Shown here piece by piece: positions 19,476 through 28,423 of a stretch of 64,000 bases of DNA (its first letter is position 1; each line of letters begins with the position of its first letter). This DNA comes from Candidatus Bathyarchaeota archaeon (GTDB lineage: Archaea; Thermoproteota; Bathyarchaeia; 40CM-2-53-6; RBG-13-38-9), in assembly GCA_963807605.1 (NCBI GenBank), contig CAWECG010000003.1, forward strand, positions 128,001-192,000, read 5' to 3'. Below the pieces are notes generated by a model, which did no database searches, was not told where the DNA came from, and saw only the letters and a list, made by a program, of their open reading frames with translations. The position numbers were made by a program, and so were the translations under genes.

Positions 19476-20321
19476 TCATTCGGTCCCTCTGACTTTCGTC
19501 TTGGACACCGCTCTAACCGTGATGTTGATACCGAGGACGACGAGTAATAGGACTAAAGCAGCTCCCCATGCGAAGGTATGGGAGTTCGCGTAGGGCGATG
19601 TACCGAAGTCGTACATGAGGACAGTCAGTGAGGCAGCTGGATCGTTTAGACTTGTCATAAGGAATTGGCTTCCCAGCGCAGTGAAGAGTAACGGCGCGGT
19701 CTCACCCATTACACGCGCCACAGCCAGAGCGATCCCTGTAACGATGCCGCTCCTTGCACTTCCCAATGTGATGAAGAGAAGAGTTTTCGTTCTTGAGATT
19801 CCTAGCGCCAATCCCCCCTCTCTTACCGATGCTGAGACAACTCTGAGAGACTCATGAGAGGATATAGTGACTACAGGGATCATGATGAAGCCTAGCGCAA
19901 TTCCGCCGCTCAGAGCTGAGAATCGATGTTGGGTTGCTACAACTAGCTCGTAAACCACTATACCTGTGACAATTGAAGGGACACCTGTCAAAACCTCAGA
20001 TAGAAGCCTGATTTCAGAGGTGAGCCGGCCCGGGTACTCTGAAAGATACGCTCCACCTAATATCCCCAAGGGGATACCTATCATCGAAGCGAGGGCAACC
20101 ATTACCAAGCTACCTTCCAAGGCGTTGAGTATTCCACCACCGGTTCCTCCGATTGGAGGCGTGATTCTGGTGAAGAAATTTAGAGTCAAAGCTACGTAGC
20201 CTCGTGCAATAGTCTCGTATAGAATCGAGATAAGTGGAACCAAGGCAATGATAAATGATGTTGAGGCAAGCACGACGTAAAGAGCGTTGGTGAATCTTCG
20301 TTTTCGCTCTAGACCAGGCAA
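19476..20321 (-). CDS. pstA: Phosphate ABC transporter permease PstA
   Basis: GVPSIVTG, ARVMGETAPL. Confidence 0.95.
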   Translation of the reverse strand: MPGLERKRRFTNALYVVLASTSFIIALVPLISILYETIARGYVALTLNFFTRITPPIGGTGGGILNALEGSLVMVALASMIGIPLGILGGAYLSEYPGRLTSEIRLLSEVLTGVPSIVTGIVVYELVVATQHRFSALSGGIALGFIMIPVVTISSHESLRVVSASVREGGLALGISRTKTLLFITLGSARSGIVTGIALAVARVMGETAPLLFTALGSQFLMTSLNDPAASLTVLMYDFGTSPYANSHTFAWGAALVLLLVVLGINITVRAVSKTKVRGTE

Positions 20322-20326
20322 GATTT

Positions 20327-21328
20327 CTACCTCTTGATTTCAAAGCTGAATCTTCTGATCACAATTCGACCTGCGAGGTTCATGAGGAAAGTAATTAGGA
20401 TTAGGATCAACCCCAGTTCGAAAAGCGAGGCTAAATAAATGTTATTTCCCGCCACTTCAGTAAATTCATTGGCTATGACGCTCGGAATCGTGTATGCTGG
20501 CAGGAAGAGAGACGGCGATATTCTGGGAACGTTACCGATGACCATTGTAACTGCCATTGTCTCACCAATAGCTCGTCCCATTGCGAGCACTATCGCAGCC
20601 ACGATTCCTGATCGAGCAAAGGGCAGCACACTTGTCCGAATAGTCTCCCAGTTGGTTCCGCCGAGCGCGAGTGCAGCTTCTCTTTGGCTATGTGGGACCG
20701 CAGCTATGACTTCGCGCATGACCGATGATCCGTAAGGAATTATCATAATCGCGAGAATTGTTCCTGCGGTTAGCATGCCAAGGCCGGAGGTTGGTCCTGT
20801 GAAGAATGGAAGAAAGCCAAGATTTCTTCCTAGTTGGGGGTCTATGTAGTCACGCATGAAGGGTACAAGAACCAGGAGACCCCAGAGTCCATATACAACG
20901 CTGGGCACAGCTGCAAGCAACTCCACGATGAGAACAGAAGGAAGCTGTAAGCGCCGAGGGGTCGGTGGCTCAGACTGAAACAAAGCCACGCCGAGACTGA
21001 TGGGAACTGCAAGCATCAACGCGATCACTGTTGTTACGATTGACCCGTAGATTGCTGGTAGAGCGCCAAGCGACGGAGGTCCTCCGCTGGCAGGATTGGG
21101 TGTCCAATCTGTTCCAACTACGAATTGTAATCCGAACGCTCGAAACGCATCTAAGCTTCCGCTTGTAAGCGCATAAATTACAAATACTCCAATGAGGGGA
21201 ACTGAAAATGCTGTCACCATAACTAGTAGACGGAAAAAATCTGGGAAATGAATGGTCGACTTGGAGCGTTGCTTTGCCTGGGGCGTTGTGGAAGAAATCG
21301 TTGTCAAGAGCGCGCCAGCTTCTTGCAT
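20327..21328 (-). CDS. pstC: Phosphate ABC transporter permease PstC
   Basis: LAAVPSVVYGLWG, GRAIGETMAV. Confidence 0.95.
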   Translation of the reverse strand: MQEAGALLTTISSTTPQAKQRSKSTIHFPDFFRLLVMVTAFSVPLIGVFVIYALTSGSLDAFRAFGLQFVVGTDWTPNPASGGPPSLGALPAIYGSIVTTVIALMLAVPISLGVALFQSEPPTPRRLQLPSVLIVELLAAVPSVVYGLWGLLVLVPFMRDYIDPQLGRNLGFLPFFTGPTSGLGMLTAGTILAIMIIPYGSSVMREVIAAVPHSQREAALALGGTNWETIRTSVLPFARSGIVAAIVLAMGRAIGETMAVTMVIGNVPRISPSLFLPAYTIPSVIANEFTEVAGNNIYLASLFELGLILILITFLMNLAGRIVIRRFSFEIKR

Positions 21329-21347
21329 ATTGGGTTTTCTATAGCTT

Positions 21348-21722
21348 TTATTCTTCTCTGATTATGTATGGGCAGATGTGTGGGTGGCAGTCTCTCTTCT
21401 TTGTCCTGCAGAATCCGTCTTTGCTGTGTCTGCATATCTGCTTGAGCTTGGTGAAAGTCGATGTGACAAGGCTCGTGTAGCGTCCTTTTAGGGTGAGGTT
21501 AATATGTTGTGTAAGTTTTGGAGTTAAACAGTAGCTGTATTCTGGTCTACCACGCCTATTTTCGGCTTTTTCTGATCTTTGAACTAGGCCCTCATCCATC
21601 AAGTCTTTCCGGTAACGCTTCAACGTATTATGAGAGAGCCCACCTTTGGCCAGGATCTCCTTGAAAGTCTTTGATGAGTCATCTTTCAAGGAGTCTAGAA
21701 TAAGCTGATCAAAGGAGTCCAT
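21348..21722 (-). CDS. HTH regulator with Cys-rich C-terminus, between pstS and pstC
   Basis: LSHNTLKR...GLV...RGRPEYSY; C-x6-C-x6-C-x4-C tail. Confidence 0.75.
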   Translation of the reverse strand: MDSFDQLILDSLKDDSSKTFKEILAKGGLSHNTLKRYRKDLMDEGLVQRSEKAENRRGRPEYSYCLTPKLTQHINLTLKGRYTSLVTSTFTKLKQICRHSKDGFCRTKKRDCHPHICPYIIREE

Positions 21723-21795
21723 ACCATTAAGATATGAAAACATGGATATTAAAAAAACCGTTTTTAGCCATTTTAGCAAGAGGCTTGCGCGCTCT

Positions 21796-23031
21796 CTACC
21801 CCGTTATCAACTGGGCGCCGTTGAAGGTCAGTGAGAGTAGTAGCTTTTCGTCAGCTGCCACTATATTTGCTGGTAGAGGAACGTAGATCAGAGCAGGCGC
21901 ATACTGTTGGCCGTCGTGTATTGCCCACCAGAAGAATTTTGCTAAAGCTTGTGCCTTCACGTTGTTCATGCTTGGATTCGTGGACATCTCGTGGTAAAAC
22001 AGAAGATAAGTATAAGTCGCAATTGGATATGATTCAGCGCCCTGTGCGTTGACTATGTGTAGGCGAAGGTCGCTCCAGTTGGGGGTTCCTGTGGCATTTT
22101 CTGCTGCATATGCAATTGTCTGCAATGTTGGGACAACGAAGTTTTCTGCAGCGTTTTTTACGGCCCCTACTCCCAGGTTTTGGCTGACCGCATAAATGAC
22201 ATCGACGTATCCTATCGCTCCAGGGATGTTCGATACGGCTCCTGCTACTCCTGCATTACCCTTGGCCCCGACACCATTCGCTGTCTTGTCAACTGGCCAT
22301 GTCACTGAAGTGCTTCTGCCTACTATCTGTTTCCAATCGGGATTTACCGTTGAAAGGAAGTCTGTGAAAGCATAAGTTGTCCCGCTACCGTCAGACCTAT
22401 GCACTGCGGTTATTGTTGCGTCAGGCAGCTTCAGACCTGGATTGACCTGTTGAAGTGTAGGCGCGTCCCACTTAGTAATTCGACCTCGGTAGATGTCCGC
22501 AAGTATGGCCCCTGTGAAATTGATGTGTATGCTATTTGACACGCCGCTAGGCACTAGGTTGTACGTTATTGCTACGCCACCTAGCGTTTCAGGCATTAAG
22601 ACTATGCCTGTGGCATTAGCTAGCTGAGTGTCGGACAGGGGTGCGTCCGATGCTCCGAAGTCTACCGTCTTCTTAGTAATTTGCTGTATTCCTCCGCCGC
22701 TCCCGATAGGGTTGTAGTTTATTTTTACTGATGGGTTGAGTGTGTTGTACTGCACTGTCCAATTTTGGATGAGTGGTGCTGGAAATGTGGCTCCGGCACC
22801 TTGCAACATGACAGATTGATTCCCTCCTGACGAGGTCGATGGTGTAGACATAGTGTTCGTAGGCACAGTGCTCGTAAACGTTGTTGTCGGAGACTCGGTA
22901 CTGGTCTGCATACCGGGTTTGTACTGATATTCAAATGCGCCTGCGATTATCGCAACTGCTACAATAACGATAACTGCAAGCCGAGTAAGATTTCGCTTTG
23001 TCAGATTTCCCTTTGTCTCTTTGTTTGACAA
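21796..23031 (-). CDS. pstS: Phosphate-binding protein PstS
   Basis: GAGATFP, GSGGG, DFGASD, RSDGSGTT. Confidence 0.97.
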   Translation of the reverse strand: MSNKETKGNLTKRNLTRLAVIVIVAVAIIAGAFEYQYKPGMQTSTESPTTTFTSTVPTNTMSTPSTSSGGNQSVMLQGAGATFPAPLIQNWTVQYNTLNPSVKINYNPIGSGGGIQQITKKTVDFGASDAPLSDTQLANATGIVLMPETLGGVAITYNLVPSGVSNSIHINFTGAILADIYRGRITKWDAPTLQQVNPGLKLPDATITAVHRSDGSGTTYAFTDFLSTVNPDWKQIVGRSTSVTWPVDKTANGVGAKGNAGVAGAVSNIPGAIGYVDVIYAVSQNLGVGAVKNAAENFVVPTLQTIAYAAENATGTPNWSDLRLHIVNAQGAESYPIATYTYLLFYHEMSTNPSMNNVKAQALAKFFWWAIHDGQQYAPALIYVPLPANIVAADEKLLLSLTFNGAQLITG

Positions 23032-23074
23032 ATTCTTTCATCTCAACAATTCTAATGAGCGCCACTATTTGTTC

Positions 23075-23138
23075 AGATCTATTTGTATAGATCTCACAGA
23101 ATCTATATGCCTCAAATGTAGATATATGATCTATATGC
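23075..23138. promoter_or_regulatory. Candidate phosphate-regulon operator in the pstS/pstB divergent promoter
   Basis: Inverted repeat AGATCTAT-4-ATAGATCT plus direct repeat ATCTATATGC at 23101 and 23129. Confidence 0.5.
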
Positions 23139-23189
23139 AATAAGTTGAACTAGAATTCATTTCCCCAAGAAGGGTAACGGTTAACCTTT

Positions 23190-24018
23190 ATGACAAGCCA
23201 ACTCACTTTTGTAGAGGAGAGCGAAAGCAATCTGGACAGCGCGGTCACACTCGACAGTCTGAAATCAAAATTGTCGGTTGAGGGGCTAACAGCAGGCTTT
23301 GGAAGGAAGACTGCAGTGGAGGGTGTCACGATCGCCTTCAACGAGAATCTTGTTACAGCCATAATCGGCCCTTCTGGATGTGGAAAGTCAACACTAATTC
23401 GCTGTTTAAATAGGATGCAGGAGGTAACGCCCGGCGCTTGGGTTAAAGGTCGAGTGCTGCTGGATGGTGAGGATGTTTACGCTGACAACGTAGATCCAGT
23501 TAGCGTGCGTCGAAGAATCGGGATGGTTTTTCAGCGACCCAATCCATTCCCTACAATGTCAATCTACGACAATGTCGCGGTGGGGCTAAGACTTAATGGA
23601 GTAAGAGACCGCAAATTGATCTCTGAGAAGGTTGAGGAGAACCTCAAGAAGGCCTTTCTGTGGGACGAGATTGGAGACCAACTCCACGAATCTGGAGCAA
23701 GCATTTCGGGCGGTCAGCAACAGAGACTATGTATCGCACGGGCTCTCAGCGATCGAACCTGAGGTAATACTGATGGACGAGCCGTGCTCATCACTAGATC
23801 CAGTGGCCACTGCAAAGATTGAAGAACTTATCATAAAACTGAAGGAGAATTACACAATAATCACCGTCACTCATAACATGCAGCAGGCCGCCAGAATATC
23901 AGATTTGACAGGTCTCATGTACTTGGGAAGATTAATCGAGTATGGGTCGACTCGGCAGATATTCTCGAAACCAAGCAACGAGCTTACCGAGCGATACATC
24001 AGCGGAAAGTTCGGGTGA
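23190..24018 (+). pseudogene. pstB: PstB ATPase with a +1 frameshift near 23748 (or sequencing error)
   Basis: GPSGCGKS and SGGQQQR in one frame, [12 protein letters not shown] in the next. Confidence 0.9.
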
Positions 24019-24021
24019 TAA

Positions 24022-24651
24022 GTGTTACCGCGATTAATGGATATGGGATTGGATAGGCTCTCCAACGCAATAACAGACATGGCCAACCTCGCGGAAGAGT
24101 CTGTAGTCAAGGCGATTCAAGCCTATGCCAGTGGCGAGGGCGTACGTGAGGAGGCGTATAACCGTGCCAACCAGCTTTCCTTACTAGGTTCTGAGGTGGA
24201 AGATTTGGCTGTCGAACTTCTAGCCCGGTATCAGCCTGTTTCCATGGATCTACGGTTCGTAAAATCCTGCTTGGAGATCGCTTACGGTTTCTCCAGGTTC
24301 GGCCGATACGCCTACGACATCGCCCAAGTACTCACATTGTATGGGGACCTTTCCGAGTGCGACAAATCCTTCCTGAAAGACCTAAGTGACAAAGTCATCA
24401 GCATGATCAAAACAAGCATCAGGTCATTTAATTCAAGAGATGAAAAGTTGGCACGATCCCTTCGGAACGCCGATGATGAGGTGGATAGAACATATCTCCA
24501 ATATATGAAAGCCCTTTCCGATTCAAATTCGATCTCTCTGAAATGCGCTGTGGCATCTACGCTAGTGTTGAGATACCTTGAGCGAATCGCTGACCATGCA
24601 TGTTATATTGGCGATTCAGTGATATACATTACAACTGGCAGTAAGGCGTGA
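24022..24651 (+). CDS. phoU: Phosphate uptake regulator PhoU
   Basis: QPVSMDLR, DDEVD, LERIADHA. Confidence 0.9.
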   Translation: MLPRLMDMGLDRLSNAITDMANLAEESVVKAIQAYASGEGVREEAYNRANQLSLLGSEVEDLAVELLARYQPVSMDLRFVKSCLEIAYGFSRFGRYAYDIAQVLTLYGDLSECDKSFLKDLSDKVISMIKTSIRSFNSRDEKLARSLRNADDEVDRTYLQYMKALSDSNSISLKCAVASTLVLRYLERIADHACYIGDSVIYITTGSKA

Positions 24652-25041
24652 TTTCGCAGAGAAAGGGCAGCGCATGCCGACGTAAGATGCGCACATGTTA
24701 TGTTCTCTATATGCTGCGAATTGCCGCTAAAGGAAAAACTAGCCCACTGTGAATCGTACACAGACGCGTAGCACTCCTTGCGCATGTACCGACCTCAAAT
24801 AGACTAATCACACATCCAGTCACCAGCAGGATCACGGTAATCCGGAGAACAACATCCAGACCACCAACGAAGGCAGTGCGCAGCGAAACGCATACTCAAA
24901 GTAGTTATGGGTCCTAGTTAAGTGGGGTCGAACAACAAGGGCGCTTCGGTTCTAGCGCCCGCTAATGTCAATTATGACCCAGTCAGATGCATGCTGTCTG
25001 ATTAGCGTTCTTTGAGGCAAGCGAATCAAAGTCGCTAGGCT

Positions 25042-26085
25042 CTAGGGAGGTTCATCGACGGTCAAGTTCAATACTACCTCAGCAACATCGGTCCCGTACT
25101 CTCCCACGCGTCTCAAACTTTCGAGTATTAATCGTAAAGCCGACACATCGATTGGCTCAACCTTCTGTTTGTTGACTTCAAGTATAGCCTCACGTTCTAA
25201 TGCTTCAACCTGGTTCATCCTTTTCAAAACATCTTCCGCTGAGTTGTAGTCACGCTTATAGAGCGCTGTCATTGAATCTTCAAAGATCTTGAAAGTAAAC
25301 TCACTCATTTTAGTGATCTTCTCGATCAGTCTTGGCGTAGGAGTCTGTTTCAACGTCCGAACGTTTTCAGCTATCAGGACTGCATGGTCTGCGCTCCTTT
25401 CAACACTCTTTGTGACTAGTCGGTATCCAATGATGTCCCTTCCTGAGCCGAGTCCAACCTGTTGAATGGCTGATCTGTTTTGTACCGCGGTCTTAAGCTG
25501 TCGGACAATGTAAAAGCCGAATCTGTCCACTTCATCATCCATTTTTAGTACTTCGTCGGCCAGAGCAGGTTTGTTTTCCACCAGAGCTGATATGGCGTCC
25601 CTGAGCATAGAGAGTGCAATTATAACCATTCTTCGTAACGCATTTTCGACAGAGAGTTCTGGATAGCTTATAAGAACTTGAAGAGCTATCTCGTTGGGCG
25701 ACTCAGTCACCACCTCTGTGCCAACCAACTTCTTTCTAACAAAATCCCTTGCATAATCCGACTGGGCTGTATCAAACCTTGCCCGAATTGCTTTCAATCT
25801 GATAAAATTGAAACCTGTAAGGTAAAGAGATACTATTCTTCGGGCAAGGGACACCGGACTCATGTTATCCGGAACAACGATTATCGTCTCCTCCGGTTTT
25901 ATCTTCTTGAGCTTTGTTCTAGCGGTTATGCGGAGCGAACCGTCATCTTCAGTCGAGAAGACAACCTGTTCTCCACGGTCGAGATGTCGTTCCTTAACCC
26001 AATTCTTCGGAAGCGAGACTATGTACGAACCTCGGCCTGTAACTTGAATTCTTCTTACGTCTCCGGGTTTCTCATCTGCGTTCAC
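25042..26085 (-). CDS. phoU: Archaeal AbrB-PhoU phosphate regulator
   Basis: RRIQVTGRGSYIVSLPKNWV AbrB domain plus two PhoU repeats. Confidence 0.93.
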   Translation of the reverse strand: MNADEKPGDVRRIQVTGRGSYIVSLPKNWVKERHLDRGEQVVFSTEDDGSLRITARTKLKKIKPEETIIVVPDNMSPVSLARRIVSLYLTGFNFIRLKAIRARFDTAQSDYARDFVRKKLVGTEVVTESPNEIALQVLISYPELSVENALRRMVIIALSMLRDAISALVENKPALADEVLKMDDEVDRFGFYIVRQLKTAVQNRSAIQQVGLGSGRDIIGYRLVTKSVERSADHAVLIAENVRTLKQTPTPRLIEKITKMSEFTFKIFEDSMTALYKRDYNSAEDVLKRMNQVEALEREAILEVNKQKVEPIDVSALRLILESLRRVGEYGTDVAEVVLNLTVDEPP

Positions 26086-26600
26086 AATTAGTTACCTTCA
26101 TTTCTTGTCGGTGTTGATTCTGTCTTACACACATCTAGCATGAGTTACAGTACCGACGTTGCGATCGGTCGCATATCAATGTGACGTATATAGATATCGT
26201 ACCATTCACATGTATCATTTACAAGTAACATATCAGGGAACGAATTAGTTGGAAACAACGTAAAGTTACAATGGAACAGAATAAAGAGAAGAATCCGGCA
26301 CATGGAGATAGACAAGAATCTTGGCGTGTGAGAATTTCTTCAACTGTTCTTGACATTGACTTTCCTTGGCAAGAGTAGACAGATCGCTGCAGTTGTGACT
26401 GCAAGACGGATGTTGCAGCATACCTTTCTCCAGTCCCCAGTGATCCTCGGCAGTCCAAGAATAATGGAGCCCAGACTCCACCGCCACTTTCCAAACCTGA
26501 AAAGCATCCCCAATGTGTGCTTATTGATTCCTTGGAAACATGATCTCCGATAACAGCGAAAAGTAAGTATGTAACCACACTGTAGATTGGTTAGATCGTT

Positions 26601-26789
26601 ATGTGCGAGTTTCAAGTCTATCTAGGCTCCGAGAAGGTTTTCGAAGGAGCAGTCTACGCAAATGCATCTGGAAGTCAGGTATCTGTCAAAGACATCCTAG
26701 GAATATCGAAGAAGATTGAGAACGCCAAGATAGTAGAGGTCGACGTCACATCTGAGAGGCTCATCTTATCCGCTCTCGCAAACCCCTGA
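26601..26789 (+). CDS. CooT-family small protein
   Basis: MCE..VY...V.DILG...I.EVD. Confidence 0.8.
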   Translation: MCEFQVYLGSEKVFEGAVYANASGSQVSVKDILGISKKIENAKIVEVDVTSERLILSALANP

Positions 26790-26983
26790 ATGTCAAGAAA
26801 TAATCAACTTTGACCATTCTGATTTTGCTGAGAGAACCTTTAGCTCAAGTAGGAGTCATCTAGATGTTTCGAGAAGATGTGACTGCCCCGCATGAACTAA
26901 GTCCTGGCGGTGCTTTTAGTCACCCTTATATATGATGGGGAAAAATCTTCAGCAAACTTGTCACCGTGTAGTATGGGGTCGCA

Positions 26984-27172
26984 TTGTTGAGTGAGCTTAA
27001 GACGGCTAAGATGCCAGATTGCAACTGGTGTGGCAGAATAATACTTCCAGGTGAAGCAGCTGTAAAGTTCTCATGTCCCAGCTGCGGTGATGTCATGATC
27101 TGGCGCTGCGAAAAATGCAGATTGTTCGGTAGAGACTACAAGTGTCCTAAGTGCGGATCAATCGGACCCTGA
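26984..27172 (+). CDS. Zn-ribbon protein (DUF1610-like)
   Basis: FSCPSCG..IWRCEKCR...YKCPKCG; canonical position upstream of EF-1beta. Confidence 0.9.
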   Translation: MLSELKTAKMPDCNWCGRIILPGEAAVKFSCPSCGDVMIWRCEKCRLFGRDYKCPKCGSIGP

Positions 27173-27183
27173 GAGGCATCAAC

Positions 27184-27453
27184 ATGGCCAAGGTATTAGC
27201 CGCAATCAAGATATTCCCTTCAAACCCATCAGATGACCTTTCACAATTAAAGGCTCAGATAGAGAAGAATCTCCCAAAGGACGTCTCGATTCTAAAATAT
27301 CAAGAGGAGCCCATAGCCTTCGGGCTTGTTGCGCTGATAGCTAATGTGCTGATGCCGGAAGAGGTCAGCGGCAAGATGGATGAGGTGGAAGAGCGTCTAA
27401 AATCGACTGAAGGCGTCAGCGAGATACAGGTAATGTCGGTTACTCGAACCTAA
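27184..27453 (+). CDS. ef1b: Translation elongation factor aEF-1beta
   Basis: EEPIAFGLVAL motif. Confidence 0.95.
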   Translation: MAKVLAAIKIFPSNPSDDLSQLKAQIEKNLPKDVSILKYQEEPIAFGLVALIANVLMPEEVSGKMDEVEERLKSTEGVSEIQVMSVTRT

Positions 27454-27551
27454 AGTGCAACCTTCGGCCCTATTTCAAAACCTCATTCTGTTACTTTAAG
27501 TAACACTTATAAGCTCATAGAGCAGTTACTGGAAGCGACAGGCAGTTTATC

Positions 27552-28286
27552 ATGTACATGGAACTTGGACCGAGCGCTCGGAGAGCTGACCCTGAGCTCG
27601 TAAGCAGCTACCAAGCCTTCCAAGAATGGTTTGAGAACTCAGTCCAAGAATCAGAGCTGCGGAGATTCCAGAAGTATAATGCCATCAAGAAATTACTGAA
27701 TTCCGGACTCGATGAAGTCTACGTGAACCCGCCGGTCATATTCCTTCCAGACAGTCTGGAGAGGCGCATAGATGCCTGCGGTTTCGGTGATGACAAGTTC
27801 ACGACGGTTCTTTGCGAGGCGGGAGTTGGCAAGGATGCGTTCTTCGAACTCTTGGAACTTCTGGGCGAATCAACGAATGTTGAGTCAGTATGGGTGTACC
27901 CTCTCTTCGACAGCAAGCGTGGAGCCTATAGGAAGTCCCTCCAATCGCAGTCGAGAGGGAAGTTGATGATAGAAATGGGCACACTTGAGCATCTTGAGGA
28001 TTTCTTGGAGGGCGCTCTTGAGATACTTGATCTTTTTGAGAGTGAAGCCAGAAGGACAATGCTTTTGGCAATGTTGGACAGTCCAAGAGACAAGAGATTC
28101 TTCAGGGAGCTTGTTAATCCAAAGTTACTTTATGAGAACCTTGCCACTCTTCAGAGGATTCGTCTTGTAGAGGAGGTTTCCGTTGGTTTCTATGGCCTAA
28201 GCCGGCACGGAGAGAATCTCATGCGAGAGTATCTTCTCTTCTTGGACAGGATAAGAAGAGTGATGAAAGAACAGGAGGAGATTTGA
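27552..28286 (+). CDS. Hypothetical protein with C-terminal winged helix
   Basis: ...LVEEV..FYGLSRHGE wHTH-like end; operon position. Confidence 0.65.
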   Translation: MYMELGPSARRADPELVSSYQAFQEWFENSVQESELRRFQKYNAIKKLLNSGLDEVYVNPPVIFLPDSLERRIDACGFGDDKFTTVLCEAGVGKDAFFELLELLGESTNVESVWVYPLFDSKRGAYRKSLQSQSRGKLMIEMGTLEHLEDFLEGALEILDLFESEARRTMLLAMLDSPRDKRFFRELVNPKLLYENLATLQRIRLVEEVSVGFYGLSRHGENLMREYLLFLDRIRRVMKEQEEI

Positions 28287-28423
28287 GTCTATGTCTGTAA
28301 GCCTAGTCACTATCGTACATGGACTGAGGAATCGATTCAAACTTATATTCGTTATCAGGGAGATATTTCCATTGACTATTGGAACCTCCAGCCCATCTCG
28401 ATCTACAAGAGGATTGAACATAC

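Noticed and set aside
26219-26615. Several 70-120 aa ORFs upstream of phoU
   Set aside because: No recognisable motifs; mutually overlapping
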